From IMG/VR virus record IMGVR_UViG_3300036045_000002, positions 16,086-80,085 of that record: 64,000 bases of DNA; one strand, 5' to 3'. Made by a program: the position numbers and the translations under genes. Below the pieces are notes generated by a model. That model was not told the origin of the DNA, ran no database searches, and saw nothing but the letters and a program-made list of their open reading frames with translations. Positions 1 through 8,920 of this stretch are shown one piece after another. The DNA comes from a virus. Within the stretch, counting starts at the first letter, position 1; each line of letters starts with the position of its first letter.

Positions 1-338
1 GCGTCGTCCACCTCCGGGTACTCGTCCTCGTCCTCCCCACGGGCGGCCGCCCCCTGTTTGGACGTGCTGGACTTGCCGGCCTTCGGGACGTCCGGGAGGC
101 GGGTCTTGACGGCCTTCTTGACCTTCAGGTGTTCGGCGTCGTCCATGACCCGGCCGGACTGGTCGAGCGAGTCGTCGTGGTCGCGGCCCTTCTTGGTCCG
201 ACCTTCCAGGCGCTCGAATTTGCCGGGGAAGGCGACGTCCAACTCGTTATCGGAGTCGAACTCGTCCCCGGCGCGGTAGGTCTCGCCGTCCCCCTCCTGG
301 TGGGGGGCCGCGTTCGGGAGTAAACGGAAGCGAGGCAT
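1..338 (-). CDS. Hypothetical protein downstream of the capsid gene (runs off the window)
   Basis: ATG at 338 with GAAGGAGA RBS; reads MPRFRLLPNAAPHQEGDGETY...; open to the window edge, so absent from the ORF track. Confidence 0.65.
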   Translation of the reverse strand, partial: MPRFRLLPNAAPHQEGDGETYRAGDEFDSDNELDVAFPGKFERLEGRTKKGRDHDDSLDQSGRVMDDAEHLKVKKAVKTRLPDVPKAGKSSTSKQGAAARGEDEDEYPEVDD

Positions 339-390
339 ATGATCTCCTTCGTGAGGAATCCGGAAGCGGGCGACCTGGTCTGGTTGAACG

Positions 391-1455
391 TTACGGGGCC
401 ACGCCGTCCACGATCCCGGTGTTCCCGTCGCTGTTCGACCGGAGGCGGGGGACCATGATGCCCATGACCTTGAAGTTCTTCTGCATCCCGCCGTGGGAGT
501 CCCACTGGAGGGTCCGGAGCCGCATGCCGGTGACGGCTTGGATCACGTCCGAGGTCATCTGGACGAGGAGGATCCGGTAGCCCGACAGGTAGTCGGCCTT
601 CCGCCAGATCCGAACGTCGTCGTTCCGCCGGAGCCGGTCCATCGTCGTCACGCCGGGGTAGGCGGCCGAGTAGTCGGCGTACAGGTATTTCGTCCAGGCC
701 GGGCTGTACCAGACCATGTACGGCCCGTTGAAGTACACGTCCTGGGCGGCCTGGATCATGTCCAGGACCTCGTTGTTCAGCGTCTCCGGCGTCCAGCCCA
801 CCGCCGTCGGGTTGGTCAGGGTCTTCGTCAGCCTGGCCGGGAAGTTCGTCAGCCCGTACACCGTCCCGCCGCCGTAGGTGTACGAACTGGTCGTGCCGAG
901 GGTCAGCTTTTCGATCTGCTCCACGCACTTCCTGGTCGTTTGCTCGACCATCGTCGTGTCGAGCGGCATCCCCTGACCCTGGCTGACCGCGATCTCCCGC
1001 AAGGAGAAGTGGAAGTCACCATGGACGATTGGTAGCGGCAGGTTGCCGATGTCGAACTGCGGCCGGTCGCGTTCGGCCTGCCGGAGGCCGTCCATGCTGA
1101 GCGTGGCGTTGCCGGCGTCGGTCATCGTCTGGTGCTGGAGGACGGTGACACTCATCCCGTTCGGGATGTTGTACGTCAGCCCGGCCCCCACGATGTCCCC
1201 CCACACCCGGAGCATCGGCCGGGCGGCCCGGAGGACGGCCTCGTCCATCTGCATCCACTGGTCCTTCCGGAGGGTCGCCGGGGCGTTGGTGTACTGCACC
1301 TCCTCCTTCCCCATCGCCCGGTTGAAGACCTTGACGCAGTTCCGCCCCCGACCGTCCACGAACGGCCGGAGGACTCCGGTGTCCATGCCGGACGCCAACA
1401 GCCGGTCGGCCACGTCGCCCGACCCCTGCTGCTTGTAGATGAATTCGACTGCCAT
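391..1455 (-). CDS. Major capsid protein (HK97 fold, encapsulin/linocin-like type)
   Basis: 354 aa; follows the prohead and decoration genes; segments 'LPLPIVHGDFHFSLRE', 'VYGLTNFP' and 'FKVMGIMVPRLRS' resemble this capsid family. Confidence 0.85.
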   Translation of the reverse strand: MAVEFIYKQQGSGDVADRLLASGMDTGVLRPFVDGRGRNCVKVFNRAMGKEEVQYTNAPATLRKDQWMQMDEAVLRAARPMLRVWGDIVGAGLTYNIPNGMSVTVLQHQTMTDAGNATLSMDGLRQAERDRPQFDIGNLPLPIVHGDFHFSLREIAVSQGQGMPLDTTMVEQTTRKCVEQIEKLTLGTTSSYTYGGGTVYGLTNFPARLTKTLTNPTAVGWTPETLNNEVLDMIQAAQDVYFNGPYMVWYSPAWTKYLYADYSAAYPGVTTMDRLRRNDDVRIWRKADYLSGYRILLVQMTSDVIQAVTGMRLRTLQWDSHGGMQKNFKVMGIMVPRLRSNSDGNTGIVDGVAP

Positions 1456-1519
1456 TTTGCCCTCTCAGGTGCGTTTGGTGAGTTTCTTGTTGGCGGGACG
1501 GGACGGCGATCAAGATTGG

Positions 1520-1945
1520 TCACTTGATCCTGATCTTGACCCACCCGGTCGAACCGGACGTGGTCACGGCCTCCTCGGCGAACCCGAAGATGTCGTCGGA
1601 CGTCGCCGTGACCACCTTCTTCAAGTACCCGTCGCCGTTGGAGACCAGTTGGTCGTTGATGACGATGGTCTGGGAGGCGGCCAGGCGCATGTACAGGACC
1701 TCGCCCGGCGTGGCCTGGTGATACCGGACCAGGTCGCCGGAGGCGTAGGCGTCTACCGTGGTCTTGCCGATCAGGGCGTCCTCGATGGCCACCCCCCGGT
1801 TCCAGTTCCCGACCGCGGTGCCGTGCGGGATCAGCAACCCGCTGGTGTTCTTCGCCAGCGCCATCCCGGGCAGGATCGACGCGGCGGCCCGTCCCTCCTC
1901 GTAGAAGGAACCCATGTCGCCCTTGAGCAGAATCGTGTTCGGCAT
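1520..1945 (-). CDS. Capsid decoration/cement protein
   Basis: 141 aa Gly/Ala-rich beta protein between the prohead and capsid genes; 'ILPG', 'LVSNGDG.L', 'GFAEEA' pattern. Confidence 0.7.
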   Translation of the reverse strand: MPNTILLKGDMGSFYEEGRAAASILPGMALAKNTSGLLIPHGTAVGNWNRGVAIEDALIGKTTVDAYASGDLVRYHQATPGEVLYMRLAASQTIVINDQLVSNGDGYLKKVVTATSDDIFGFAEEAVTTSGSTGWVKIRIK

Positions 1946-1997
1946 CAGCCGTCTCCTGGAAGGTTAGTAATTTCTGGTAGCGGCGCTCGGTCCGGCG

Positions 1998-3476
1998 TCA
2001 CTTCAGCGGGTTGTCGAACGTCATCTCCGGCACGTCCGGGAAGTCCTCGGGGGGCTCGGCGTAGGCGTTGGTCGTGAACCCGCCGGGGGCTCCGGCGAAG
2101 ACGTTGGCCGCGAACCCGTTCAGGAACCGGGGGTCCTCGGCCGGCGTCACCACCTGGCCGCGGGCCAGTTCCGCCATGGCCGCCAGGGTCACCAGGTCGA
2201 ACCCGGCAAGCGCCGCGTCGGTGAACTTGTTCTGCGGGCTCGCCTTGATCTGGTTGACGTACTGCGTCCGCTGGGCGTTCAGGGCCATCTGGCCCTGGTT
2301 GACGACGGCCACGACCTCAGGCGGGGCCTGGGTCTTGGTCAGCCACTCGGTCAGGTTGGCCGGCGGGGCGACGACCGGGACAGGAGCGGGCTGAGGCACG
2401 ACCGTGGCCGTGTTAGCCAGCACCGTCTTCTGGACGACCTTCATGGCCTGGAGCGTGGCGTCCGGCAGGGCCTCGAACGCAGCCCGCTGACTCTCCTCGA
2501 TCTGTCCGTTGGCGATGAGGGCGTCGATGTGGACCTTTTTGTCGAACATCTTCTGGACCTCGTTGGTAATGACCGGAGAAACCTTTTCGGTCGTGCTGTT
2601 CGACACGGCCTTGTACTCGACGGTACGCACGACCTGGACCGCCGACCCGACGAGCTTCACCTCGTCGGCCGCGGAGTAGTCAATCCGGTAGTGGTCGCCT
2701 TTCTCGTCCACGAAGATCGCGTAGTCCTGGTAAACCTCCGAGACGTACCCGTTCCAGTACTTGCCCTTGGTCCCGTACCTCGACGACACCAGGTCGGACA
2801 GTGTCCGGATTACCTGGCCGAACGACAACTCGTTGGCGACCAGTTCGACCCCGACGGCCTTCAACGCCGTCCGGACGGAGCGGTCAAGGAGGAGTTGGGT
2901 GGACTCCGGTTCCTTGACCGCGTTCGCGTACAGCCCGGCCCCCATCGCGACGGAACACGCCCCGACCTTGTCCGGGAGCATGGCCAGGTGATCGGGCCGG
3001 AAGTTCCGGACGGTGCCGACGTATTTCTTGCCGTTGAACTCGCCGGGGGTCGGATCAAGGTCGGCGTCGAGCCCGGTGGACAGTTCCATCGGCTGGCCGT
3101 TCAGGACGGCGGAGTACACCCGCTCGTCCAGTTCCCGCGTCCGGTCCTCGTCGAACCAGAGTTCCGGCTTGAGCTTCCTGTCCTGGTGTTCCGTGTTGAA
3201 CACGGTGCCAATCTTCCTGGTGTCGAAAAAGGTCGGCCGCTTGGCCGACACGAAGACCCCTCCCTCCTCCGGATGGTACAGGACGATCGGCTGGCCGTTC
3301 CAGGCGTGCGGGTTCCGGCCGAGCTCCTCGTCCGGGTACATGACCGGGCCGCCTGACCCCTCGATGACGCCTTCGATCAGCATCACGGCCGGGGCCACCA
3401 GGTGAGGCCGCCCTTCCAACGTTTCCCGCCTCGGCCTCTGTCCGGCCGTGTTGAACACGACCCGTTGTAGGACCAT
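1998..3476 (-). CDS. DUF2213-type prohead protease/scaffold protein
   Basis: Likely start MVLQRVV at 3476 (GAGGG RBS); motifs 'WNGQPIVLYHP', 'ELSTG', 'PDHLAMLPDKVGACS'; Ala/Pro-rich scaffold-like C-terminus. Confidence 0.75.
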   Translation of the reverse strand: MVLQRVVFNTAGQRPRRETLEGRPHLVAPAVMLIEGVIEGSGGPVMYPDEELGRNPHAWNGQPIVLYHPEEGGVFVSAKRPTFFDTRKIGTVFNTEHQDRKLKPELWFDEDRTRELDERVYSAVLNGQPMELSTGLDADLDPTPGEFNGKKYVGTVRNFRPDHLAMLPDKVGACSVAMGAGLYANAVKEPESTQLLLDRSVRTALKAVGVELVANELSFGQVIRTLSDLVSSRYGTKGKYWNGYVSEVYQDYAIFVDEKGDHYRIDYSAADEVKLVGSAVQVVRTVEYKAVSNSTTEKVSPVITNEVQKMFDKKVHIDALIANGQIEESQRAAFEALPDATLQAMKVVQKTVLANTATVVPQPAPVPVVAPPANLTEWLTKTQAPPEVVAVVNQGQMALNAQRTQYVNQIKASPQNKFTDAALAGFDLVTLAAMAELARGQVVTPAEDPRFLNGFAANVFAGAPGGFTTNAYAEPPEDFPDVPEMTFDNPLK

Positions 3477-3574
3477 TGTTCCCTCGCGTGAGCGGTCGTG
3501 GGGGCCGGCTTTGCCTGCCGCGCCGGAGAAGCAGGCCCGGAACCGGCACCGGACCGGCCCCCACACCCGGTTTG

Positions 3575-4075
3575 TCAATCAGCCTCCTCGCCCTCCGAGA
3601 CCGACTCGACCCGGTCGTGGACTTCGTCCATGCACGACGCCAGGCAGGCCGCGAGGGCCTTCTGGAGGGCGGCCGGCATGGCGTCGTCCCCGCCTTGCTT
3701 GGCGAGTTCCCGCGCCGGCTTGGCGGCGAACGCCCGGACCTCGTCCCGGAGGGACTCGAAGGCCGCGGCCGCCTTCGCGTCCTCCGGGCCGGCCTGGAAG
3801 GTGCCGTTACCCAGATTCCGGAGCCACTCGGCCCCCTCCCGGACGCCTTCTTCCAGCTTGTGCAGGAAGTCGGCCGCCTTGTCGAGGGCGTCCGGGGCCT
3901 TGTCGGTGATGATCGCCCACGCGGCCTGGAACTTCGGGAGTAGTGAGGCAAGACCCAACATGCTTTGTCCTCGGCTGGGAAGGCTCTGTAAAAACGACCC
4001 GCCTGGGAAGAGTCGGTTTTCCCGAACCGACTCTTTTACCAGGTCGCCCACGCTGAACCAGGCGGGTCGCGTCAC
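3575..4075 (-). CDS. Hypothetical helical protein
   Basis: Phage-like codon usage; true start may be the internal MLGLASLL. Confidence 0.55.
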   Translation of the reverse strand: MTRPAWFSVGDLVKESVRENRLFPGGSFLQSLPSRGQSMLGLASLLPKFQAAWAIITDKAPDALDKAADFLHKLEEGVREGAEWLRNLGNGTFQAGPEDAKAAAAFESLRDEVRAFAAKPARELAKQGGDDAMPAALQKALAACLASCMDEVHDRVESVSEGEEAD

Positions 4076-4076
4076 G

Positions 4077-4646
4077 TCAATCCTCGGTGCGCTTCTTCCG
4101 ACCCTTGGCCAGTTGAGGCCGGGCGTCCTCCTGGGCCGGTTCTTCGGGCGCGGGTGCTTCCTCGACCGGCGGCCCCTCGGTCGAGACTTCGGTCTCGACC
4201 GGCTCCTCGTCCTCCACCAGGGAAACCTGGGCCATGACCGGACCGGCGAACATGGCCAGGATGGAGATGATCGCCAGGACGACCTGAAGGATCTGGTCCT
4301 TGTTGTCCCGCAGCCATTGCAGGAAGGACCCGTCCCCGAGCCCGGCCATCTTGAGCCTTTTCTTCTTGGCCAAGGCGTCGATCTCGGTCTCGGTCACCGT
4401 GTCCGCCAGGTCGCGGGCCGCCTCCCACGAGTAGCCGTGGGACTGGACCAGGCCCTCGGCCACCCGGTTGCGGATGAAGTTGTACTTGATCCGGTCGCGG
4501 ACCGGCCCGGTCGCCAGTTGCGAGGCCCGCGACTCGACCTCCGTGTCGCCCGCGTCTTCGGACTGCTTGGTGATCGGCCTCAGACCGACCTTCCCGCCAC
4601 CGTCGGAGGCCAGACCACCTCCCCGGAACCTCGAATCGTTGCTCAT
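4077..4646 (-). CDS. Membrane protein with one TM helix and an acidic tail
   Basis: Hydrophobic stretch 'ILQVVLAIISILAMFAGPVMA'; GAGG RBS. Confidence 0.6.
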   Translation of the reverse strand: MSNDSRFRGGGLASDGGGKVGLRPITKQSEDAGDTEVESRASQLATGPVRDRIKYNFIRNRVAEGLVQSHGYSWEAARDLADTVTETEIDALAKKKRLKMAGLGDGSFLQWLRDNKDQILQVVLAIISILAMFAGPVMAQVSLVEDEEPVETEVSTEGPPVEEAPAPEEPAQEDARPQLAKGRKKRTED

Positions 4647-4686
4647 CCGGCACCTCTGAGGTTAGTGGGCGAACTTCATGGCCTTA

Positions 4687-5172
4687 CTACCGACCGTTCA
4701 GCCACCTCCGGACCGGGCCTGACCTGGCCTGGTATCCGGCGGTCTGGCAGTTACCGCCGACACACCCGCCGCCGGCGTTAATGCCTCCAGACAGTCCCGC
4801 AGGAGGAGCACCGGTGAGAGTGCGTACCGTCCCCGTTGAACCCGAGGATACGGTACTGACTCCGGCCGCAGGCAGGACAGTCGTGCCCGGGATGGTGCGG
4901 CACCCCGCCGAGTCGCACACCGTATACCCCGGGCTGGACGCGAAAGGGTTGGCCGGCACCACCGTGGCCGGTTGGGGGGTTGGCCAGACCAGCCGGTCCG
5001 GGGCGTAGGTCAGGGAGTTGACCTTCTTCTCCAAGGCGTCCACCTTGGTCTCCAGGTCGGACAGACGCTTCTCGAAATTCCAGTCCACCTTCACGTCCTG
5101 GGCGACGCAAATCGCAGGCGTCGCGAGAAAGACGAACAGGAGCGGTGTGACCGCCGTTAGAACGCGAAGCAC
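4687..5172 (-). CDS. Secreted protein with a coiled coil and Cys-Gly-rich C-terminus
   Basis: GTG at 5172 after GGAGG; signal-peptide-like N-terminus; 'CDSAGC', 'GCVGGNC', 'GPVRRWL'. Confidence 0.6.
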   Translation of the reverse strand: MLRVLTAVTPLLFVFLATPAICVAQDVKVDWNFEKRLSDLETKVDALEKKVNSLTYAPDRLVWPTPQPATVVPANPFASSPGYTVCDSAGCRTIPGTTVLPAAGVSTVSSGSTGTVRTLTGAPPAGLSGGINAGGGCVGGNCQTAGYQARSGPVRRWLNGR

Positions 5173-5198
5173 AGGAGTCCTCCGGGCGAAAGGTGTCG

Positions 5199-6197
5199 TC
5201 AGAAGTTCCAGGTCACGTTGATCTTGTCCTCCTCGATCTCGAAAGGCGGGAAGCCGAACACGGCGGCGTACTCCCCACTCCGGATGGTCTGGTCTTGGAC
5301 GTTCCAGTCCACACCGAACACGTTGCCCGGGTAACCGGGCAGGCGAGGGCCGGAGGGGGTCGTCCGGCCCCAGGACTGGTAGTAGGCGAACACCTTCCGG
5401 CCGGAAGGCAGGACCTCGACACCGCACCGGACATGGTAGTGGTGCCACGTCCCGCGAGGCGAGCAGCACCCTTCCGCGTCCCGGGACATGGTAAACCCGC
5501 GGGAGTCGGAGCCGACGATGATTCCTCCGGAAGCGATGGCGTCGGCGGCCTCGGCGGCGGAGGTCACCGGGGTCCACTCGGTGACGATGTTGTCCTTGGC
5601 CAGGTCGTCGATTTTCCTGGCCAGGTCGGTCATCTGCCCGGCCCCCAGCTTGCAGGCCAGATCGTCCGAACCCTCGCCGTAGTACCTGGTGTCGCCGACC
5701 TCCTCCCGGTGGACCAGGCCCATCTTGGCCATCGCCTCGGGGATCGACCCGGAGGCCACGCCGTCGTTGTTGTCGTTCGTCCACGACCCGTTCAGCATGT
5801 TGTACAACTTCCGGGCGTGGTAGTAGAGGCCGGCGTGGCTGACCCGCTTGAACTCGACCCGCTTCCCGGCAGCGATCAGGATGCACTGGACGAGGTCGCA
5901 GGTGGCCGAGCCGGACCGGCCACCACAGGTCCCGCGAGGCTGGTACTGGATCAGGTCCTCGGCCTTGGCCCCCAACACCTTCTCGACCGCCTTCCAGTGG
6001 TTGACGCTCGTCTTGCCGTCCCACTTCCCCTGCATCTTGGGAAACCGCTGGTGGAACGTCGGCTTGGCCTGGATCATCTGGTCCACGTCGGCCGTCTTCG
6101 GGACGATGCCGAAGTTCCAGGCGACGGCGGCCGGGTCGTTCGGGTCGGCCCCGAAGTTGACCACCTTCCTGCCGCCGACCGCGGTGAAGTCGTCCAT
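5199..6197 (-). CDS. Papain-like (C1-type) cysteine peptidase
   Basis: 'Q..RGTC' catalytic Cys motif, His in 'WHHYH', and 'YQSWG' (NSWG-like). Confidence 0.6.
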   Translation of the reverse strand: MDDFTAVGGRKVVNFGADPNDPAAVAWNFGIVPKTADVDQMIQAKPTFHQRFPKMQGKWDGKTSVNHWKAVEKVLGAKAEDLIQYQPRGTCGGRSGSATCDLVQCILIAAGKRVEFKRVSHAGLYYHARKLYNMLNGSWTNDNNDGVASGSIPEAMAKMGLVHREEVGDTRYYGEGSDDLACKLGAGQMTDLARKIDDLAKDNIVTEWTPVTSAAEAADAIASGGIIVGSDSRGFTMSRDAEGCCSPRGTWHHYHVRCGVEVLPSGRKVFAYYQSWGRTTPSGPRLPGYPGNVFGVDWNVQDQTIRSGEYAAVFGFPPFEIEEDKINVTWNF

Positions 6198-6219
6198 CTC
6201 GAACCTCCGTTTGGCGCTT

Positions 6220-7017
6220 TTACTTCAACTTGGACAAGGCTTCCATCACCGTCTTGAAGGTCGCCTTGACCTTCACCTTCTCGGCCGCCGTCAGGGCGAG
6301 GGTCGGGCTGATCTGGCCGGTCGGGAAGGTCTTGGACAGTTCGGCCCCGATGGTCGCCTGCACCTTCGGATACTTACCACCGGTCCCCAAGTCCTGGGCG
6401 TGCCTGGTCATGGACGTGAACAGGCCGACCCACGTGTCCGTCCCGTCCACCGACGCCAGGGACTTTTCGTAGAATTTGGTCAGGCCGGCGACCAGGTTGG
6501 CCTTGTCCGTCTCCTTGTCGTAGGCGACCTGCAGGTCCTTCTGGAACTGGGTCAGGACGTCCGGCGGCGGGACCGGAGGGTCAGGCGGGGACGGATTGCC
6601 TCCCATGACCTCCAGCCTTTTGCGCTGGACGGAGAAGTCCTTCTTGCTGACGACCAGGATCTCGACCGACCCTTTCTCGACCGGCATGACGACGAAGACG
6701 TTCTTCTCCTTGAAGTCGCGGAACTCGAACCGGCCGCTCCCGTCCACGAACTTGCCGGCGATGCTGAGAGGCCCGGCCTTGTGGACGATCTTGACCTTCC
6801 CTTCCGGACTGTCCAACACGACCAGGTCTTCGTCCGAGGCGACGTAGTACAACTGGTCGGCCGGGAGGGTGTTGACCGGCAACACCGGGACCGGCATCGG
6901 CTGCGGGACGGCCACCTCCGGCCATCTGACAGCCGACTTGTCGGTCGCGGCAGGTTGGATCCCGGCCGAGACGCCCCCGACGAGGAGCAGGAACAACGCT
7001 GGGAGGGCGTGACGCAT
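6220..7017 (-). CDS. Secreted protein with a Pro-rich linker
   Basis: Start MRHALPALFLLLVGG (signal peptide) after GAAGGAGA; PSPPDPPVPPP linker. Confidence 0.65.
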   Translation of the reverse strand: MRHALPALFLLLVGGVSAGIQPAATDKSAVRWPEVAVPQPMPVPVLPVNTLPADQLYYVASDEDLVVLDSPEGKVKIVHKAGPLSIAGKFVDGSGRFEFRDFKEKNVFVVMPVEKGSVEILVVSKKDFSVQRKRLEVMGGNPSPPDPPVPPPDVLTQFQKDLQVAYDKETDKANLVAGLTKFYEKSLASVDGTDTWVGLFTSMTRHAQDLGTGGKYPKVQATIGAELSKTFPTGQISPTLALTAAEKVKVKATFKTVMEALSKLK

Positions 7018-7049
7018 CCGATCTCCTTCTTGGTTAGGGTTAGGAGTCC

Positions 7050-8603
7050 TCACTTCGCCTTACCCAGACCATTCCTTCGGCCCAGGGCACCGGTCCTCGA
7101 ACCAGGCTTGGTGTCGGCCCGCATCTTGGCGATGGCGACCGGCTGGTCCGCCTTCTCCTTCAACGCGGCGACGATGGCGTCCTCGCCGCCCGACCCCTCC
7201 ACGATGGCTTCCGCCTCCGCGATGGAGAAGTTCAGGACGTGAACCAGGAAGGTCTTCGGCCGCATGACCGCGTAGGACCCGCTGGTGACGTACTGGAGCA
7301 ACGCCTGGGCCTTCTGGAGCGAGACCTTCGCCTTGTCCGTGTCGGTCAGGTTGTTCAGGTCCGGCCAGTAGCAGATGAACCTCGGGACGTCCGGGATCAC
7401 CCCGAACCACTGGAGTCGCTTGACGAACGGCCGGATGACCCGCGGGAACACGAACCTGTCCTGCCGGCCCTTCAGCCGCCTGTTCCAGGTGATCTGGTCC
7501 ATCTGGCTGGCCAGGTACCCGGCCTCCGTGCCCATGAATACCCGCAACGGCACCTTAATGGCCGCGCAGATGAGTTGGAGCAAGGACAGGACGTGGGCCG
7601 TCGGGTCGGCGACCTGGGGGGCCAGGCTCTTGGCCGTCATTCCGACCAGCCGCATGTACCTCTGAAGGCCGAGGGAGTACGCCTCGATCTCCGCCTTGAG
7701 CGAGTCGGTGTTCAACTCCCCCGTGGCCGCGATCTCCGGGAACGCCTCGAAGCTGATGCCCGGGAACGCCCCCTTGTAGAACATTTCCGGGGCCGAGTAG
7801 CTGACCTTCCGGATGCCCAGGATGTCGTTCAACACCGGCCGCAACCGGGGGGTGCCGAACACGTCGCTGGACTTGCAGTTGTCGGCCAGGTGCAGGACCC
7901 GCGTCCAGTGGACCTTCAACTCGTCGGCCTCGGACTTACTGTCCAGGACGAAGTCAGTCCCGTCGTCCGGCCCGGCCACCCGGAACGTGTACTCGGACGG
8001 CTGCCCGTACCTCCGGCTCCTCTGGTTGGTGTTGACCCTCGTGACGGTGAACTGGTCCTCCGAGAACGGCCGCATGTACAGGAACTCTCGCGGCTTCTCC
8101 GGCTGCTTGCCGTCCCAGATGCCCTCCTCGCTCAACCCCTCGATTGACTGGTTGAGCGGCTTGCCGTCGTCGTGGACCATCAGCATGGCCCCGCACCGGC
8201 CGATCCCGGCGGCCTCGTCGAACCGGTGCAGGTAGTGGAACGGGTCGTGGTTGAACACGAACTCGTCCCACACCCGCTCGAACCTGGTCCGCTTCGGCTC
8301 CTCCGTTTCGTAAACTTCTGGTTGGATCGACCACGACTCCTCCGGGTAGACCTGGACGACCCGCGTGGCCACCCCGATCCGTTCGTACATGTGCCGGTAC
8401 AACTCGATGGTCGGCTCGGTCTCGGGGTACCCGCACTCCTTCTCGATGTTCCGCTTCGCCTGGTCGAGTTGGCCGCCGAGCAGCGCCGACGACCTGGACA
8501 GGAGCAGGTTGCAGATGTAATCCGCCCGCCCCTCCTGGTTGGCGATCAACTCCAGCCGGCCGCGGGCCTGGTTGGCGGTCATCCTGGGGGCCCGGCCACT
8601 CAT
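7050..8603 (-). CDS. Portal protein (DUF1073-like)
   Basis: ~517 aa; 'LYRHMYERIGVATRVV', 'VHWTRVLH', 'FGTPRL', 'ICAAIKVPLRVFMG'; upstream of the head genes. Confidence 0.8.
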   Translation of the reverse strand: MSGRAPRMTANQARGRLELIANQEGRADYICNLLLSRSSALLGGQLDQAKRNIEKECGYPETEPTIELYRHMYERIGVATRVVQVYPEESWSIQPEVYETEEPKRTRFERVWDEFVFNHDPFHYLHRFDEAAGIGRCGAMLMVHDDGKPLNQSIEGLSEEGIWDGKQPEKPREFLYMRPFSEDQFTVTRVNTNQRSRRYGQPSEYTFRVAGPDDGTDFVLDSKSEADELKVHWTRVLHLADNCKSSDVFGTPRLRPVLNDILGIRKVSYSAPEMFYKGAFPGISFEAFPEIAATGELNTDSLKAEIEAYSLGLQRYMRLVGMTAKSLAPQVADPTAHVLSLLQLICAAIKVPLRVFMGTEAGYLASQMDQITWNRRLKGRQDRFVFPRVIRPFVKRLQWFGVIPDVPRFICYWPDLNNLTDTDKAKVSLQKAQALLQYVTSGSYAVMRPKTFLVHVLNFSIAEAEAIVEGSGGEDAIVAALKEKADQPVAIAKMRADTKPGSRTGALGRRNGLGKAK

Positions 8604-8911
8604 CGCCTCACCGCCTTCAGTTCGATAGTCTGGTCGTCGTCCCAGCCGTTGCAGGAGAAGACGACCCTCAGGAAGTAAAAGGCGTTCTCGACCAGTGTTG
8701 CCGTTACGGTCCGGTCGATGGTCTGCTTGTAGTTCCCGGCCGACCCGGTGATGTAGGGGACGGTCCCGGAGGTGACCACCGTCCCCCCGTCCTGTGCCGT
8801 CAGCGTGAAGTTGCACGTCCCGTTGTTCAACGGTGCGCCTTCCTCGTCCTTGGCCTTCAAGTACCGGATTCTATGGTCACAGTTGATGTAAATCAACCCT
8901 TTCGCGGGCAT
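8600..8911 (-). CDS. Small Ig-like virion protein
   Basis: 103 aa beta-rich; translationally coupled to the portal gene. Confidence 0.55.
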   Translation of the reverse strand: MPAKGLIYINCDHRIRYLKAKDEEGAPLNNGTCNFTLTAQDGGTVVTSGTVPYITGSAGNYKQTIDRTVTATLVENAFYFLRVVFSCNGWDDDQTIELKAVRR

Positions 8912-8920
8912 GCCAACACC

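Noticed and set aside
391-1455. Encapsulin/bacteriocin call
   Set aside because: Context with portal, prohead protein and terminase indicates a phage capsid
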